64,000 nucleotides of DNA, taken from Thermosynechococcus sp. M98_K2018_005. Its GTDB lineage: Bacteria; Cyanobacteriota; Cyanobacteriia; Thermosynechococcales; Thermosynechococcaceae. The position numbers and the translations under genes are program-made. Every line of letters starts with the position of its first letter. Positions within the stretch are counted from its first letter, which is position 1. Below the pieces are notes generated by a model. That model was not told the DNA's origin and made no database searches. It saw only the letters and a list, made by a program, of their open reading frames with translations. Shown here in pieces: positions 29,746 through 38,693 of this stretch. The stretch is from the NCBI RefSeq assembly GCF_015295825.1, contig NZ_DVEH01000027.1, forward strand, positions 1,382-65,381, written 5' to 3'.

Positions 29746-31194
29746 ATGACAGAACAACAATTTGCTGATAAGCCGGAAGAAGCCTGTGGTGTGTTTGGGG
29801 TCTATGCCCCCGGGGCAGATGTGGCTCGCCTTACCTACTTTGGTCTCTATGCCTTACAACATCGAGGTCAGGAATCGGCTGGAATTGCCACATTTGCGGG
29901 TGACACCGTTCATTGTTATAAGGATATGGGCTTGGTCTCCCAAGTCTTTGACGAAGAGATTCTTGGACGGCTAGTGGGAGATTTGGCTGTCGGCCACAAC
30001 CGCTACTCGACCACAGGTTCTAGTCGCATTGTCAACGCCCAACCCGTGGTGGTGGAAACTCGCCTAGGGCCTTTGGCCTTAGCCCACAACGGTAACTTGG
30101 TGAATACCTACGCTCTGCGCGAACAAGTCCTAGCCTGTGAGGCCCCTACGGCGGTGTTAGCGAGTACAACAGATTCTGAACTGATCGCCTGGGCGATCGC
30201 CCAAGCGGTGGCCACGGGCCAATCCTGGTCAGCGGGGATGATTACTGCGGCTCAACAGTGCCAAGGGGCTTTTAGTCTAGTCATGGGTACCCCAGCGGGA
30301 TTGTTTGGACTGCGGGATGCCCACGGCATTCGGCCCTTAGTGATTGGCCGCCTAATGATAGACGGTACACCCCACTATGTCCTTGCTTCGGAGACCTGCG
30401 CCCTTGATATTATTGGTGCCGACTATCTGCGCGATGTGGAGCCGGGGGAACTCGTCCACATTACTGCTGAAGGCATTGACAGTGTGCAATGGGCAGAGTC
30501 GCAACGCAAGCTGTGTATCTTTGAGATGATTTACTTTGCCCGTCCCGATAGTGTCATGCAGCGGGAGAGCCTCTATAGCTACCGGCAGCGCTTGGGGTAC
30601 CAGTTGGGGAGTGAAGCTCCCGCCGATGCCGATGTGGTGATTGCTGTGCCCGATTCGGGTGTGCCAGCGGCCATTGGCTTTTCCCAAGCGACGGGGGTGC
30701 CCTACGCCGAAGGTTTGATTAAAAATCGCTATGTGGGGCGCACATTTATTCAGCCCACCCAGTCGATGCGGGAGTCAGGAATTCGGATGAAGCTGAATCC
30801 GCTGCGGGATGTGCTGATGGGACAGCGGGTGGTGATTGTGGATGACTCGATTGTGCGGGGCACCACTAGCCGCAAAATTGTCAAGGCGCTGCGGGATGCC
30901 GGGGCTGTGGAAGTGCACATGCGTATTTCTTCGCCACCGGTCACTCACCCCTGCTTCTATGGCATTGATACCGATACCCAAGATCAACTGATTGCCGCCA
31001 CCAAGTCCGTAGCTGAGATTGCCGCTCAGATTGGTGTGGATTCCCTGAGTTACCTCAGTTGGCAGGGGATGATTGCCGCCACCTACGATACGGGCGATCG
31101 CTTTTGTTCTGCCTGTTTTACGGGTAAGTATCCCATTAGCATCCCGGAGCCAGTGAAACGGCAAAAGTTGGTGCTTGAGCAAATTCCCCAATGA
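29746..31194 (+). CDS. purF: Amidophosphoribosyltransferase
   Basis: N-terminal nucleophile context EACGVFGV, the PRPP-binding loop VVIVDDSIVRGTT, and C-terminal Cys ligands. The ATG abuts the purL stop (TAAATG). Confidence 0.95.
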   Translation: MTEQQFADKPEEACGVFGVYAPGADVARLTYFGLYALQHRGQESAGIATFAGDTVHCYKDMGLVSQVFDEEILGRLVGDLAVGHNRYSTTGSSRIVNAQPVVVETRLGPLALAHNGNLVNTYALREQVLACEAPTAVLASTTDSELIAWAIAQAVATGQSWSAGMITAAQQCQGAFSLVMGTPAGLFGLRDAHGIRPLVIGRLMIDGTPHYVLASETCALDIIGADYLRDVEPGELVHITAEGIDSVQWAESQRKLCIFEMIYFARPDSVMQRESLYSYRQRLGYQLGSEAPADADVVIAVPDSGVPAAIGFSQATGVPYAEGLIKNRYVGRTFIQPTQSMRESGIRMKLNPLRDVLMGQRVVIVDDSIVRGTTSRKIVKALRDAGAVEVHMRISSPPVTHPCFYGIDTDTQDQLIAATKSVAEIAAQIGVDSLSYLSWQGMIAATYDTGDRFCSACFTGKYPISIPEPVKRQKLVLEQIPQ

Positions 31195-33041
31195 GTCTGG
31201 ACTACGGTCACTGGCCTTCCATTCTCTCTGCCGCCGACGTCAGTGCTGCGGCCACCAGTCTCAGTGAATTGCGCTCCACTCCCCTTGGTCTAGTGTGGTT
31301 AGAGCGGCGTCCCCAAGAAAAGGGGCGAGTGGTGTTGGTGCGTCAAGGGCAAGAACTTTTGGCTGCCCCCTGGAGTGCGCGATCGCGCGTGAATGAGTAT
31401 GGCGGCGGTGCCTACTGGTGTGATGGTGATCAGATTTACTTTGTCAATGATGCCGATCAGGGGATCTATGCCCTTGGGAAACCCAGCCCTCAGCTCATCT
31501 ACCAAGCGGCGAATACTCGCTTTGCCGATGGCTGCGTCGATCCTTGGGGCGATCGCCTGCTGTGTGTCGAAGAGGCGCATCTTCCAGAGGGTAGCTCACA
31601 GCAATCCCTTGTTGCCATTTCCCTATCGGGGGAACGGACTTCCCTGATCGCTGGGGCTGGCTTTTATGCTGCGCCACGCTTGAGTCCAGAGGGCAATACC
31701 TTTGTCTGGTTGCAATGGTCAGCACCGCAGATGCCTTGGGATGGCTGTGAATTGTGGGGAGCCAGGGTCAGTAGTAACGGTTCCCTTGGTACCCCCTACC
31801 GCATTGCTGGCAGTAGTGAGGAATCTGTGCAGCAACCCCAATGGCAGGGAGAGATCCTTTACTACGTGAGCGATCGCTCTGGCTGGTGGAATCTCTATCG
31901 TTACCGTGATGGCCGCCATGAACCCGTTTGGCAGGCCAGCTATGATGCCGGTGTGCCCCTATGGGTCTTTGGTCAATCCACCTATGCCCTTGTGAACGCT
32001 GAAACAGCAGTTTTAACCTATAGCGATCGCGGGCTGTGGCGGCTGGCAGTGGTTTCCCTCGCCACGGGTGAGTGGCAAACTGTCCCGACGGACTACACTG
32101 AGATTCATTCCCTCATTCGCGTCAGCGATCGCGCCGTTGCCTTCATTGGCAGTTCGCCCCTGTTGTCCCCCCATATTGTTGAGTTCAATCTGGATGACGG
32201 CACCACCACACCGCTGCAACCGATTGCTTGTCCCTTGCCACCTGAGTGGGTTTCGCAGCCCGAGGTAATTGAATTTCCCACAACTGAGGGTGCAACCGCC
32301 TACGGCTTTTTCTACCCGCCCCAAAATCCCCAAGTACAACCCCCGACAGACTCACGCCCCCCCTTAATCGTGAGAAGTCATGGCGGGCCAACGGCAGCCA
32401 GTGCTACAGGTCTCGATTTGCGCATCCAGTTTTGGACAAGTCGTGGCTTTGCGGTGTTGGATGTCAACTATCGTGGCAGTACCGGCTATGGTCGTGCCTA
32501 TCGCAATGCCCTGCGGGGACAGTGGGGAGTGGTGGATGTGGCCGACTGTGGAGCAGGGGCGCAGTACTTGGTAGCTCAAGGACGAGTGGCTGGCGATTGC
32601 TTGGGGATTCGTGGCAGCAGTGCCGGCGGCTATACCACCCTGTGTGCCTTGACATTTACGCAAGTATTCCATGTGGGGGCGAGTTACTACGGCATTGGCG
32701 ATCTCATTAGCCTGCTCAAGGAGACCCATGCCTTTGAAGCCCATTATTTTGATCAACTGATTGCCCCCTATCCCGCAGAGGCAGACCTCTACCGCCAGCG
32801 ATCGCCCTTCTACCATGCGGATCGCCTCACCTGCCCAGTGATTTTCTTTCAGGGGCTCAAGGATGTGGTCGTTCCCCCCAGCCAAGCGGAACAGATGGTG
32901 GCTGCCCTTCAGGCCAAGGGCATTCCCGTCGAGTATTACACCTTTGCCGAAGAGGGGCACGGCTTCCGCCAAAGCAGCACGATCGCCACCGCCCTTGAGG
33001 CAGAATTGAAGTTTTATCAAAGGTATTTACTCAAAGGCTAG
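31191..33041 (+). CDS. S9 family serine peptidase (prolyl oligopeptidase/dipeptidyl aminopeptidase-like)
   Basis: N-terminal beta-propeller region plus an alpha/beta hydrolase domain. It has the catalytic GSSAGGY and downstream D (GLKDVVVP) and H (EGHGF). The start overlaps the purF stop (ATGA). Confidence 0.85.
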   Translation: MSLDYGHWPSILSAADVSAAATSLSELRSTPLGLVWLERRPQEKGRVVLVRQGQELLAAPWSARSRVNEYGGGAYWCDGDQIYFVNDADQGIYALGKPSPQLIYQAANTRFADGCVDPWGDRLLCVEEAHLPEGSSQQSLVAISLSGERTSLIAGAGFYAAPRLSPEGNTFVWLQWSAPQMPWDGCELWGARVSSNGSLGTPYRIAGSSEESVQQPQWQGEILYYVSDRSGWWNLYRYRDGRHEPVWQASYDAGVPLWVFGQSTYALVNAETAVLTYSDRGLWRLAVVSLATGEWQTVPTDYTEIHSLIRVSDRAVAFIGSSPLLSPHIVEFNLDDGTTTPLQPIACPLPPEWVSQPEVIEFPTTEGATAYGFFYPPQNPQVQPPTDSRPPLIVRSHGGPTAASATGLDLRIQFWTSRGFAVLDVNYRGSTGYGRAYRNALRGQWGVVDVADCGAGAQYLVAQGRVAGDCLGIRGSSAGGYTTLCALTFTQVFHVGASYYGIGDLISLLKETHAFEAHYFDQLIAPYPAEADLYRQRSPFYHADRLTCPVIFFQGLKDVVVPPSQAEQMVAALQAKGIPVEYYTFAEEGHGFRQSSTIATALEAELKFYQRYLLKG

Positions 33042-33048
33042 AGGAACA

Positions 33049-33699
33049 ATGTTTACTGGCATTATTCAGGCGATCGGTGTGCTCCAGCAACGCTCCGAGT
33101 CCCAGTTAGCCATTACTACGACCGATGCCCCTTTCCTTAAGGACGTGGCCATTGGCGATAGTATTGCCGTTGAGGGCGTCTGTCTCACAGTGGAAACCTT
33201 TGATACCAAGGGTTTTACGGTCAGTGTCTCCCCAGAAACGCTGCAACGCACCACATTGGCGGCCAAAGCAGCAGCGGGAGCGATGGTGAACTTAGAACCT
33301 GCCCTACGAGTCGGGGATAAGGTGGGGGGGCATTTTGTGACCGGTCATGTGGATGGTGTCGGTACTGTACTGGCGATCGCCCCCACAGGCACCAGTTGGG
33401 AATTCACCTTCTCTGCTCCTGAAGCGGTAGCGACGTACATTATCCCCAAGGGCAGTATTGCCATCAATGGCATTAGCCTCACCGTTGCCCATTGCAATGA
33501 AAAAGGGGATGAATTTAGCATTGCTGTCATCCCCCATACCTACGCAGAAACCACGTTACAATTTCTTAGGGTTGGCGATGGCGTCAACCTAGAGGCGGAT
33601 CTGTTGGGCAAATATACCCGCAAGTTTCTCCAGCCCCAAGAGGCCTCAACCGCAGTGGAAATTGACCTCGACTTTCTCCAAGCCCATGGCTACGCCTAG
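33049..33699 (+). CDS. ribE: Riboflavin synthase alpha chain
   Basis: MFTGII start. The lumazine-binding repeats are duplicated (GDSIAVEGVCLTV, GSIAINGISLTV). Confidence 0.9.
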   Translation: MFTGIIQAIGVLQQRSESQLAITTTDAPFLKDVAIGDSIAVEGVCLTVETFDTKGFTVSVSPETLQRTTLAAKAAAGAMVNLEPALRVGDKVGGHFVTGHVDGVGTVLAIAPTGTSWEFTFSAPEAVATYIIPKGSIAINGISLTVAHCNEKGDEFSIAVIPHTYAETTLQFLRVGDGVNLEADLLGKYTRKFLQPQEASTAVEIDLDFLQAHGYA

Positions 33700-33704
33700 G
33701 GACA

Positions 33705-34631
33705 TTATTTTTTCTTCTTGGTGGTGCGAGACTTGCCACCAGACTTTTTGGCAGCGGCACCAAATCCCTTGCTTTCAGCCGCAGGTTCAGCTACTGGTTC
33801 AGGACTTTCGGCAGCAGGCTCAGCTACTGGTTCCACCGTCTGCTCAGAAACTGCGACAGGTTCTGGGGCTGGCTCATCAGTTGTCGTTTCCGCTGCTGGC
33901 TCAGGGGCACTCACTTCAGGAGTTGCGGTTTCGGCCACTTTTGCGGGTGCTTCGGCAGTTTTTGCGGCAGCACTCATGGCTCGGGTTTGAGCGGCCACCT
34001 CTTCAGCAAGGTTGGTTTCTTGCTTCTCAATCCCCTCGCCGAGGACAAAGCGTTGGAAGCGACGAATCTGGATATTTTCCCCTAGTTCGGCAATGTGCTC
34101 TTTGACCAACTCTTCAACGGTCTTGGACTGATCGCGAATAAAGGGCTGGTTGAGCAGGCACAGCTCCTTGAGGGTTTTCTCCAATTTGCCAGCAACGATT
34201 TTCTCCTTGACTTCCGGGGGTTTCCCCTTCAGAGCATCGGAGCCAAGGGCAATCTGGCGTTCTTTTTCCTTGTACTCAGCGGGAATATCATCCACTGAGA
34301 CAAACTCCACATTGGGGCAAGCGGCAATTTGCTTGGCAATGTCTTGGACAAGGGCTTTGAATTTCTCGTTGCGAGCCACAAAGTCGGTCTCACAGTTCAC
34401 CTCCACCAGCACGCCAATGCGCCCGCCGGTGTGAATGTAGCTATCCACCAGACCTTCACTGGTCACGCGCCCCGCCTTTTTACCGGCAGAGGCCAGACCC
34501 TTTTGCCGCAACCAAGCAATGGCGGCTTCCATATCGCCGTTCGACTCCTGCAAAGCTTTCTTGCAGTCCATCATGCCGGCACCGGTCTTGTCCCGCAGTT
34601 CTTTGACTAGTTTGGCTGAAATCTCTGCCAT
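33705..34631 (-). CDS. tsf: Translation elongation factor Ts with repetitive C-terminal extension
   Basis: EF-Ts N-terminal UBA-like motif ([22 protein letters not shown]) and core ([17 protein letters not shown]). Residues from about 215 to 308 are low-complexity P/E/A/V repeats ending in [14 protein letters not shown]. Confidence 0.95.
   Translation of the reverse strand: MAEISAKLVKELRDKTGAGMMDCKKALQESNGDMEAAIAWLRQKGLASAGKKAGRVTSEGLVDSYIHTGGRIGVLVEVNCETDFVARNEKFKALVQDIAKQIAACPNVEFVSVDDIPAEYKEKERQIALGSDALKGKPPEVKEKIVAGKLEKTLKELCLLNQPFIRDQSKTVEELVKEHIAELGENIQIRRFQRFVLGEGIEKQETNLAEEVAAQTRAMSAAAKTAEAPAKVAETATPEVSAPEPAAETTTDEPAPEPVAVSEQTVEPVAEPAAESPEPVAEPAAESKGFGAAAKKSGGKSRTTKKKK
33775..33840. 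repeat. Two tandem 33-nt repeat units inside the tsf 3' region
   Basis: Unit 33775-33807 matches unit 33808-33840. The cores are gcaggttcagctactggttc and gcaggctcagctactggttc. They encode PVAEPAAES twice. Confidence 0.8.
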
Positions 34632-34648
34632 GATCTGTTCCTCAAGGA

Positions 34649-35440
34649 TTAAGCATCAGAGTCATCTGGAATATCTAGGGCTTCAGCATCACCATCGTCG
34701 CTGGCGGTCATCCCATCGTCGTCCTCATCAGCGAGATCCGCTTCCGGTTCGTCCAACTGACCATGGCGGCCTTCGTAAATGGCATCGGCTAGTTTACCCA
34801 CAATCAGCTTAATCGAACGGATGGCATCATCGTTAGCGGGGATGGGAATATCCACTTGGTTGGGGTCACAGTTGGTATCCAGCAGCGCCACGATCGGAAC
34901 CCCCAATTTGTGACACTCGGCAACGGCGTTGTACTCCCGCTTGACATCAACAATGATTGCGACATCGGGCAGCCGCCGCATCTGTTTGATCCCGCCAAGG
35001 TATTTTTGCAAGCGTGCCAGTTCTCGCCGTAGGGCTGAGGCCTCCTGTTTTGGCCGCAGATCAATGAGGCCATTTTCCTCCATGCTTTCTAATTCTTTGA
35101 GGCGATCGACACGGGTTTTGATGGTATTCCAGTTGGTGAGCATCCCCCCCAGCCAGCGCTGGTTGACGTAGTAACTACCGCAGCGGAGCGCTTCCTGCTC
35201 GACGATGCCGGCGGCTTGGCGCTTGGTACCAATAAACAAAAAGCGTTTGCCTTTTTCGGCGGCGTTGCGGATGTAGTTGTAGGCTTCATCCAACAGTTGG
35301 GCGGTTTGTACGAGGTCAATAATGTGCACCCCATTGCGAACCGTGAAGATGTAGGGTGCCATTCGGGGGTTCCAGCGACGGGCTTGGTGACCAAAGTGAA
35401 CCCCTGCCTCTAGCATTTGGGCAAGGCTAAGAACTGCCAT
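34649..35440 (-). CDS. rpsB: 30S ribosomal protein S2
   Basis: The sequence includes [19 protein letters not shown]. There is an acidic C-terminal tail. It lies upstream of tsf in the conserved rpsB-tsf order. Confidence 0.97.
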   Translation of the reverse strand: MAVLSLAQMLEAGVHFGHQARRWNPRMAPYIFTVRNGVHIIDLVQTAQLLDEAYNYIRNAAEKGKRFLFIGTKRQAAGIVEQEALRCGSYYVNQRWLGGMLTNWNTIKTRVDRLKELESMEENGLIDLRPKQEASALRRELARLQKYLGGIKQMRRLPDVAIIVDVKREYNAVAECHKLGVPIVALLDTNCDPNQVDIPIPANDDAIRSIKLIVGKLADAIYEGRHGQLDEPEADLADEDDDGMTASDDGDAEALDIPDDSDA

Positions 35441-35657
35441 TGAGTTGTACTCCTATGGGTTAAACAACCATCCGTCCATCATCCGGTGAGGACACCCAAG
35501 GGGACGAATGTGAAAGATTTGCAGATTTATTATCATAGCCAATGATCAAGGCCGTTGGAAAGCCCGATCCACAATGATTTGGTAGCGTCGCGATCTTGAC
35601 GCTCGGGGGTGGCCAACCTATTCTGAAAGATTCAAGACGGCTGGGTGGTGCTTAACG

Positions 35658-37112
35658 TTGGATATTTCCCGCTTGCGATCGCAATGGCAACAAATTCACG
35701 GTGACGAAACCTCTGAAGCCGTTATTGAGCAGCACTTTGTGCAACCGCTCCTGAGTATGTTGGGCTTTGGCGATCGCGATCGTGTCTCCTCTTTTGACAC
35801 AGGTATGGGCATTGCCGATGTGGCAGCCCGTTTTCCCCGGGAGCATCAGCCTCCTTTTTCTCAGATTCAAGTTAACCCCGATTTAATTGTGGAGATTAAA
35901 CCCCCTGCCCGTCGCTCCCGCAATACCCCCAGTCAAACTGTGGCCTTGAACCTTGAGAATGGGTCTGCGCACCATAGCCGCGCTCTGCAACAACTCCGCC
36001 AACTTCTCAGGGGTTGCCATTGCCAAGGAACCACTTGGGGATTAATTACAAATGCCCGCCATCTACAGCTTTTTCAACGCCACGGCCACTTGGTCTATCC
36101 AGTAACGCCCAACTATGAACTGACGGGCGATCGCCTTGAGAGCATTATCGACGATCTCAAAACCTGCTTGCGATCGCGCCCCCGTGCCACCACCCTCTGT
36201 CTCTATAACCACAAGGGGGGAGTCGGCAAAACCACCACCACAATTAACTTGGGCGCCACCCTTGCTGTGGCAGATGCCGCTGTCTTGCTCGTTGATTGCG
36301 ACCCCCAAGGGGATCTCAGCCGCGCCCTTGAGCTAACCCCCACAGGTACAACCCTTGCGGCTTGTCTGCAAAACCCTGAGGAGCCGATTACGGCTACGAT
36401 TCGACCTTTTGACCTGCGCATTCGCACCAGCAGCAGTATCAAGTCTGCCCATATTTTTGATGTCATTCCCGCTGCGCCGCAACTGCAAAGCATCCTCATT
36501 CAGGCGATGCAAACCCAACATCCACCCATTACCCGCCTGCGGGAACTCCTCGCCCCCTTGCGCGATCGCTACGACTACATCCTCATTGACTGCCCCAGTG
36601 CTTGGCTCTTTTTAAGTAAGAGCGCCGTGTATGCCAGTGACGCCGTTTTGATTCCCACCCGCCACACCGATCTCTCCTCCCTCAACAATGCCGCTCAGGT
36701 GATTCACCAATTTCTTTTTAACGAAATTCACACATTGCGCCGCGAAGGGGGGCCCCTTCCTTTGCCTATTTTCTTTAATGGTGCTCCCACAACCGATAAG
36801 GCGATGGCTGTTGCTCAAGCAGAAATTGAACGGATTCTCCAGAAACTTCCCCACCTCACTCCCTACTTTTGGCCACAGTATCAAGCCAATGACACAAGCG
36901 TATTTGCCATTCCTGAATATGCCATTATTTCCCGTGCTGCCTTTGCCCGTGTTCCTGCTGTCTTCAAAGATAAGCGCGTCTTAGGCTTCTATCAGACATT
37001 GGTGCAGGCCTATCTTTGCCCCTTAACTCCTGCCAATGAGACAACCTTCCTAAACCGATCAGAAATTCAACATCGTCGATCAGAAGCTCCAAGCAATGGA
37101 GACCAAGTTTGA
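35658..37112 (+). CDS. Fusion protein: N-terminal HSDR_N / PD-(D/E)xK restriction-endonuclease-like domain plus C-terminal ParA/Soj-family ATPase
   Basis: The N-terminal ~170 aa carry SEAVIEQHFVQPLLSMLGF, GIADVAA, DLIVEIKPP and WGLITNARHLQLF, which matches the D...ExK and TNG pattern of type I R-subunit N-terminal domains. The C-terminal part has the deviant Walker A LYNHKGGVGKTTTTINLG, VLLVDCDPQGD and ILIDCPSAW. TTG is the first available in-frame start. Confidence 0.75.
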   Translation: MDISRLRSQWQQIHGDETSEAVIEQHFVQPLLSMLGFGDRDRVSSFDTGMGIADVAARFPREHQPPFSQIQVNPDLIVEIKPPARRSRNTPSQTVALNLENGSAHHSRALQQLRQLLRGCHCQGTTWGLITNARHLQLFQRHGHLVYPVTPNYELTGDRLESIIDDLKTCLRSRPRATTLCLYNHKGGVGKTTTTINLGATLAVADAAVLLVDCDPQGDLSRALELTPTGTTLAACLQNPEEPITATIRPFDLRIRTSSSIKSAHIFDVIPAAPQLQSILIQAMQTQHPPITRLRELLAPLRDRYDYILIDCPSAWLFLSKSAVYASDAVLIPTRHTDLSSLNNAAQVIHQFLFNEIHTLRREGGPLPLPIFFNGAPTTDKAMAVAQAEIERILQKLPHLTPYFWPQYQANDTSVFAIPEYAIISRAAFARVPAVFKDKRVLGFYQTLVQAYLCPLTPANETTFLNRSEIQHRRSEAPSNGDQV

Positions 37113-37326
37113 AGAAAGACTCAATGCAATCGAAGTCAAATTCGATGCAAAATTCAACACAATGGAAGCAACTCTCAATGAACGATTCAAGGCTATTGAT
37201 GAAAAGTTCAATGTAATAGAGGCCACCATTAACCAAAAATTCAAGGCTGTTGATGAGAAATTTAACACCATGGGCGCAAAAATTGAGGCTGTGCGATTAG
37301 AAGTACAGACCAATCGCGAACAGTGA
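37096..37326 (+). CDS. Small helical repeat protein (76 aa, 18-residue periodicity)
   Basis: The ATG ORF overlaps the upstream gene by 17 nt. It has three 18-aa repeats: KFNTMEATLNERFKAIDE, KFNVIEATINQKFKAVDE and KFNTMGAKIEAVRLEVQT. It is visibly AT-richer than its flanks. Both antisense frames are also open because of the repeat structure. Confidence 0.5.
   Translation: METKFEERLNAIEVKFDAKFNTMEATLNERFKAIDEKFNVIEATINQKFKAVDEKFNTMGAKIEAVRLEVQTNREQ
37150..37311 (+). repeat. Three tandem 54-nt repeats (coding)
   Basis: The units are 37150-37203, 37204-37257 and 37258-37311. They correspond to the 18-aa repeats of the small ORF. Confidence 0.75.
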
Positions 37327-37523
37327 GTGGAGTTAGAAAAACGCCAGCGGTGCGTTGCCATTGGGGGATTGAAAACCAAGTGGACTGGGTGCCGGATGTG
37401 GCTTTGACTACCTCGCTCCTCTCCTTGCCACTATCTGAGTATGCGTTTGCCCTGTGGGCAGAGACACAAGACTTCAAAACTACGGTAATCTTATAGAGAA
37501 ACTAGAGTATTGCTGGCAGTCCT

Positions 37524-38534
37524 ATGGGCATCACTATTGAAAACGTTTCTAAGTCCTTTGGCTCCTTTCAAGCCGTCAAGCAGGTGGATTTGGATATTGC
37601 CAGTGGTTCTTTGGTAGCGCTGTTGGGGCCTTCGGGTTCTGGTAAATCAACCTTACTGCGACTGATTGCGGGTCTAGAAATGCCTGACACTGGCCGGATT
37701 CTGCTCACGGGCAAGGACGCCACCTATCAAAGTGTCCAAGAGCGTAATATTGGCTTCGTCTTTCAGCACTATGCCCTTTTTAAGCACATGACTGTGCGTC
37801 AAAATATCGCCTTTGGCCTAGAGTTGCGCAAGGTGCCCCGTGCCAAGATCAAAGCTCGGGTCGAGGAGTTGCTCGAGTTGGTGCAGTTGGCTGGCTTAGG
37901 CGATCGCTACCCCTCTCAGCTCTCTGGGGGACAACGCCAGCGGGTGGCTCTTGCCCGTGCCCTTGCTGTAGAACCAAAGGTGCTGTTGCTGGATGAACCC
38001 TTTGGTGCCCTTGATGCCAAGGTGCGCAAAGAACTGCGAGCATGGTTACGTCACCTCCACGATGATGTCCATGTGACAACGGTCTTCGTGACCCATGATC
38101 AAGAGGAAGCGATGGAAGTCGCGGATCAAATTGTCGTCATGAACAAAGGTCAAGTGGAGCAGGTGGGCACCCCTGCTGAAATTTACGACCATCCCGCCAG
38201 CCCCTTTGTGATGAGTTTTATTGGCCCTGTGAATGTCTTACGCTCCCGCGTCTTCCAGCAAAGTGAAGGCACGGCTGCCCACTGCGATATTTTTCTGCGC
38301 CCGCGCGACATCATTATTGAAACGAGTCCCAATGGTAACACCGTCTCAGCTCGCATTCACCGCATCATTCACTTGGGTTGGGAAATTCAGGTAGAACTGC
38401 GCCTAGACGATGGGCAGGAATTGATGGCACACCTATCGCGAGAGCGCTTTGACGAACTGCGCCTTGAACCGCAACAGCAGGTCTTTATTAAGCCACGGGA
38501 GGCAAAGTCCTTTCCCCTGTACTACAGCATTTAG
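37524..38534 (+). CDS. cysA: Sulfate/thiosulfate ABC transporter ATP-binding protein
   Basis: Walker [10 protein letters not shown], signature [15 protein letters not shown] and Walker B LLLDEP. The C-terminal TOBE-like regulatory domain is typical of CysA. Confidence 0.85.
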   Translation: MGITIENVSKSFGSFQAVKQVDLDIASGSLVALLGPSGSGKSTLLRLIAGLEMPDTGRILLTGKDATYQSVQERNIGFVFQHYALFKHMTVRQNIAFGLELRKVPRAKIKARVEELLELVQLAGLGDRYPSQLSGGQRQRVALARALAVEPKVLLLDEPFGALDAKVRKELRAWLRHLHDDVHVTTVFVTHDQEEAMEVADQIVVMNKGQVEQVGTPAEIYDHPASPFVMSFIGPVNVLRSRVFQQSEGTAAHCDIFLRPRDIIIETSPNGNTVSARIHRIIHLGWEIQVELRLDDGQELMAHLSRERFDELRLEPQQQVFIKPREAKSFPLYYSI

Positions 38535-38559
38535 GCACGAAAAAAAATCAGTCCATCCC

Positions 38560-38589
38560 TTGAACAAACCAAGCCAAACTTGTTATGCT
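38560..38589 (+). promoter_or_regulatory. Candidate promoter for tRNA-Gln (TTGAAC-N18-TATGCT)
   Basis: Hexamers at 38560-38565 and 38584-38589. The -10 element ends 15 nt upstream of the mature tRNA 5' end. Confidence 0.35.
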
Positions 38590-38604
38590 AACAGAGCGAT
38601 GCAA

Positions 38605-38676
38605 TGGGGTGTCGCCAAGCGGTAAGGCAGCGGGTTTTGGTCCCGCCATTCGGGGGTTCGAATCCTCCCGCCCCAG
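38605..38676 (+). tRNA. tRNA-Gln (anticodon UUG)
   Basis: Hand-folded cloverleaf. The acceptor stem tggggtg pairs with cgcccca, the anticodon arm is gcggg-ttTTGgt-cccgc, and the T-arm reads gggggTTCGAATCctccc. CCA is not encoded. Confidence 0.9.
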
Positions 38677-38693
38677 TTAGGTTTTAGACAGCA

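Noticed and set aside
32364-33020. 218-aa minus-strand ORF, with several smaller ORFs in 31299-32710.
   Set aside because: These are antisense or alternate frames inside the S9 peptidase gene, which has clear catalytic motifs. The ORFs have no motifs and are Gly/Ala/Arg-rich, typical of shadow frames.
35441-35657. Looked for a structured rpsB leader or ncRNA in the rpsB/ParA-fusion divergent spacer, including a 6-bp hairpin at 35584-35603.
   Set aside because: Only a short AGCGTC/GACGCT hairpin built around a HIP1-like core was found. It has no extended conserved-looking structure.
35658-37326. Interpreting the ParA-like gene plus the small coiled-coil ORF as the carboxysome-positioning McdA/McdB pair.
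   Set aside because: The ATPase keeps the classical signature lysine (KGGVGKT) and carries an extra nuclease-like N-terminal domain. The small protein lacks the disordered basic N-terminus and the invariant C-terminal Trp that I recall for McdB. No carboxysome genes are nearby. The idea is kept only as an analogy.
36964-37379. Two minus-strand ORFs (90 aa and 99 aa) overlapping the small repeat gene.
   Set aside because: They are open only because the 54-nt repeats lack stops in several frames. The plus-strand ORF has an ATG, overlap coupling to the upstream gene and a clean amphipathic repeat, so it is preferred. Strand choice still needs experimental support.
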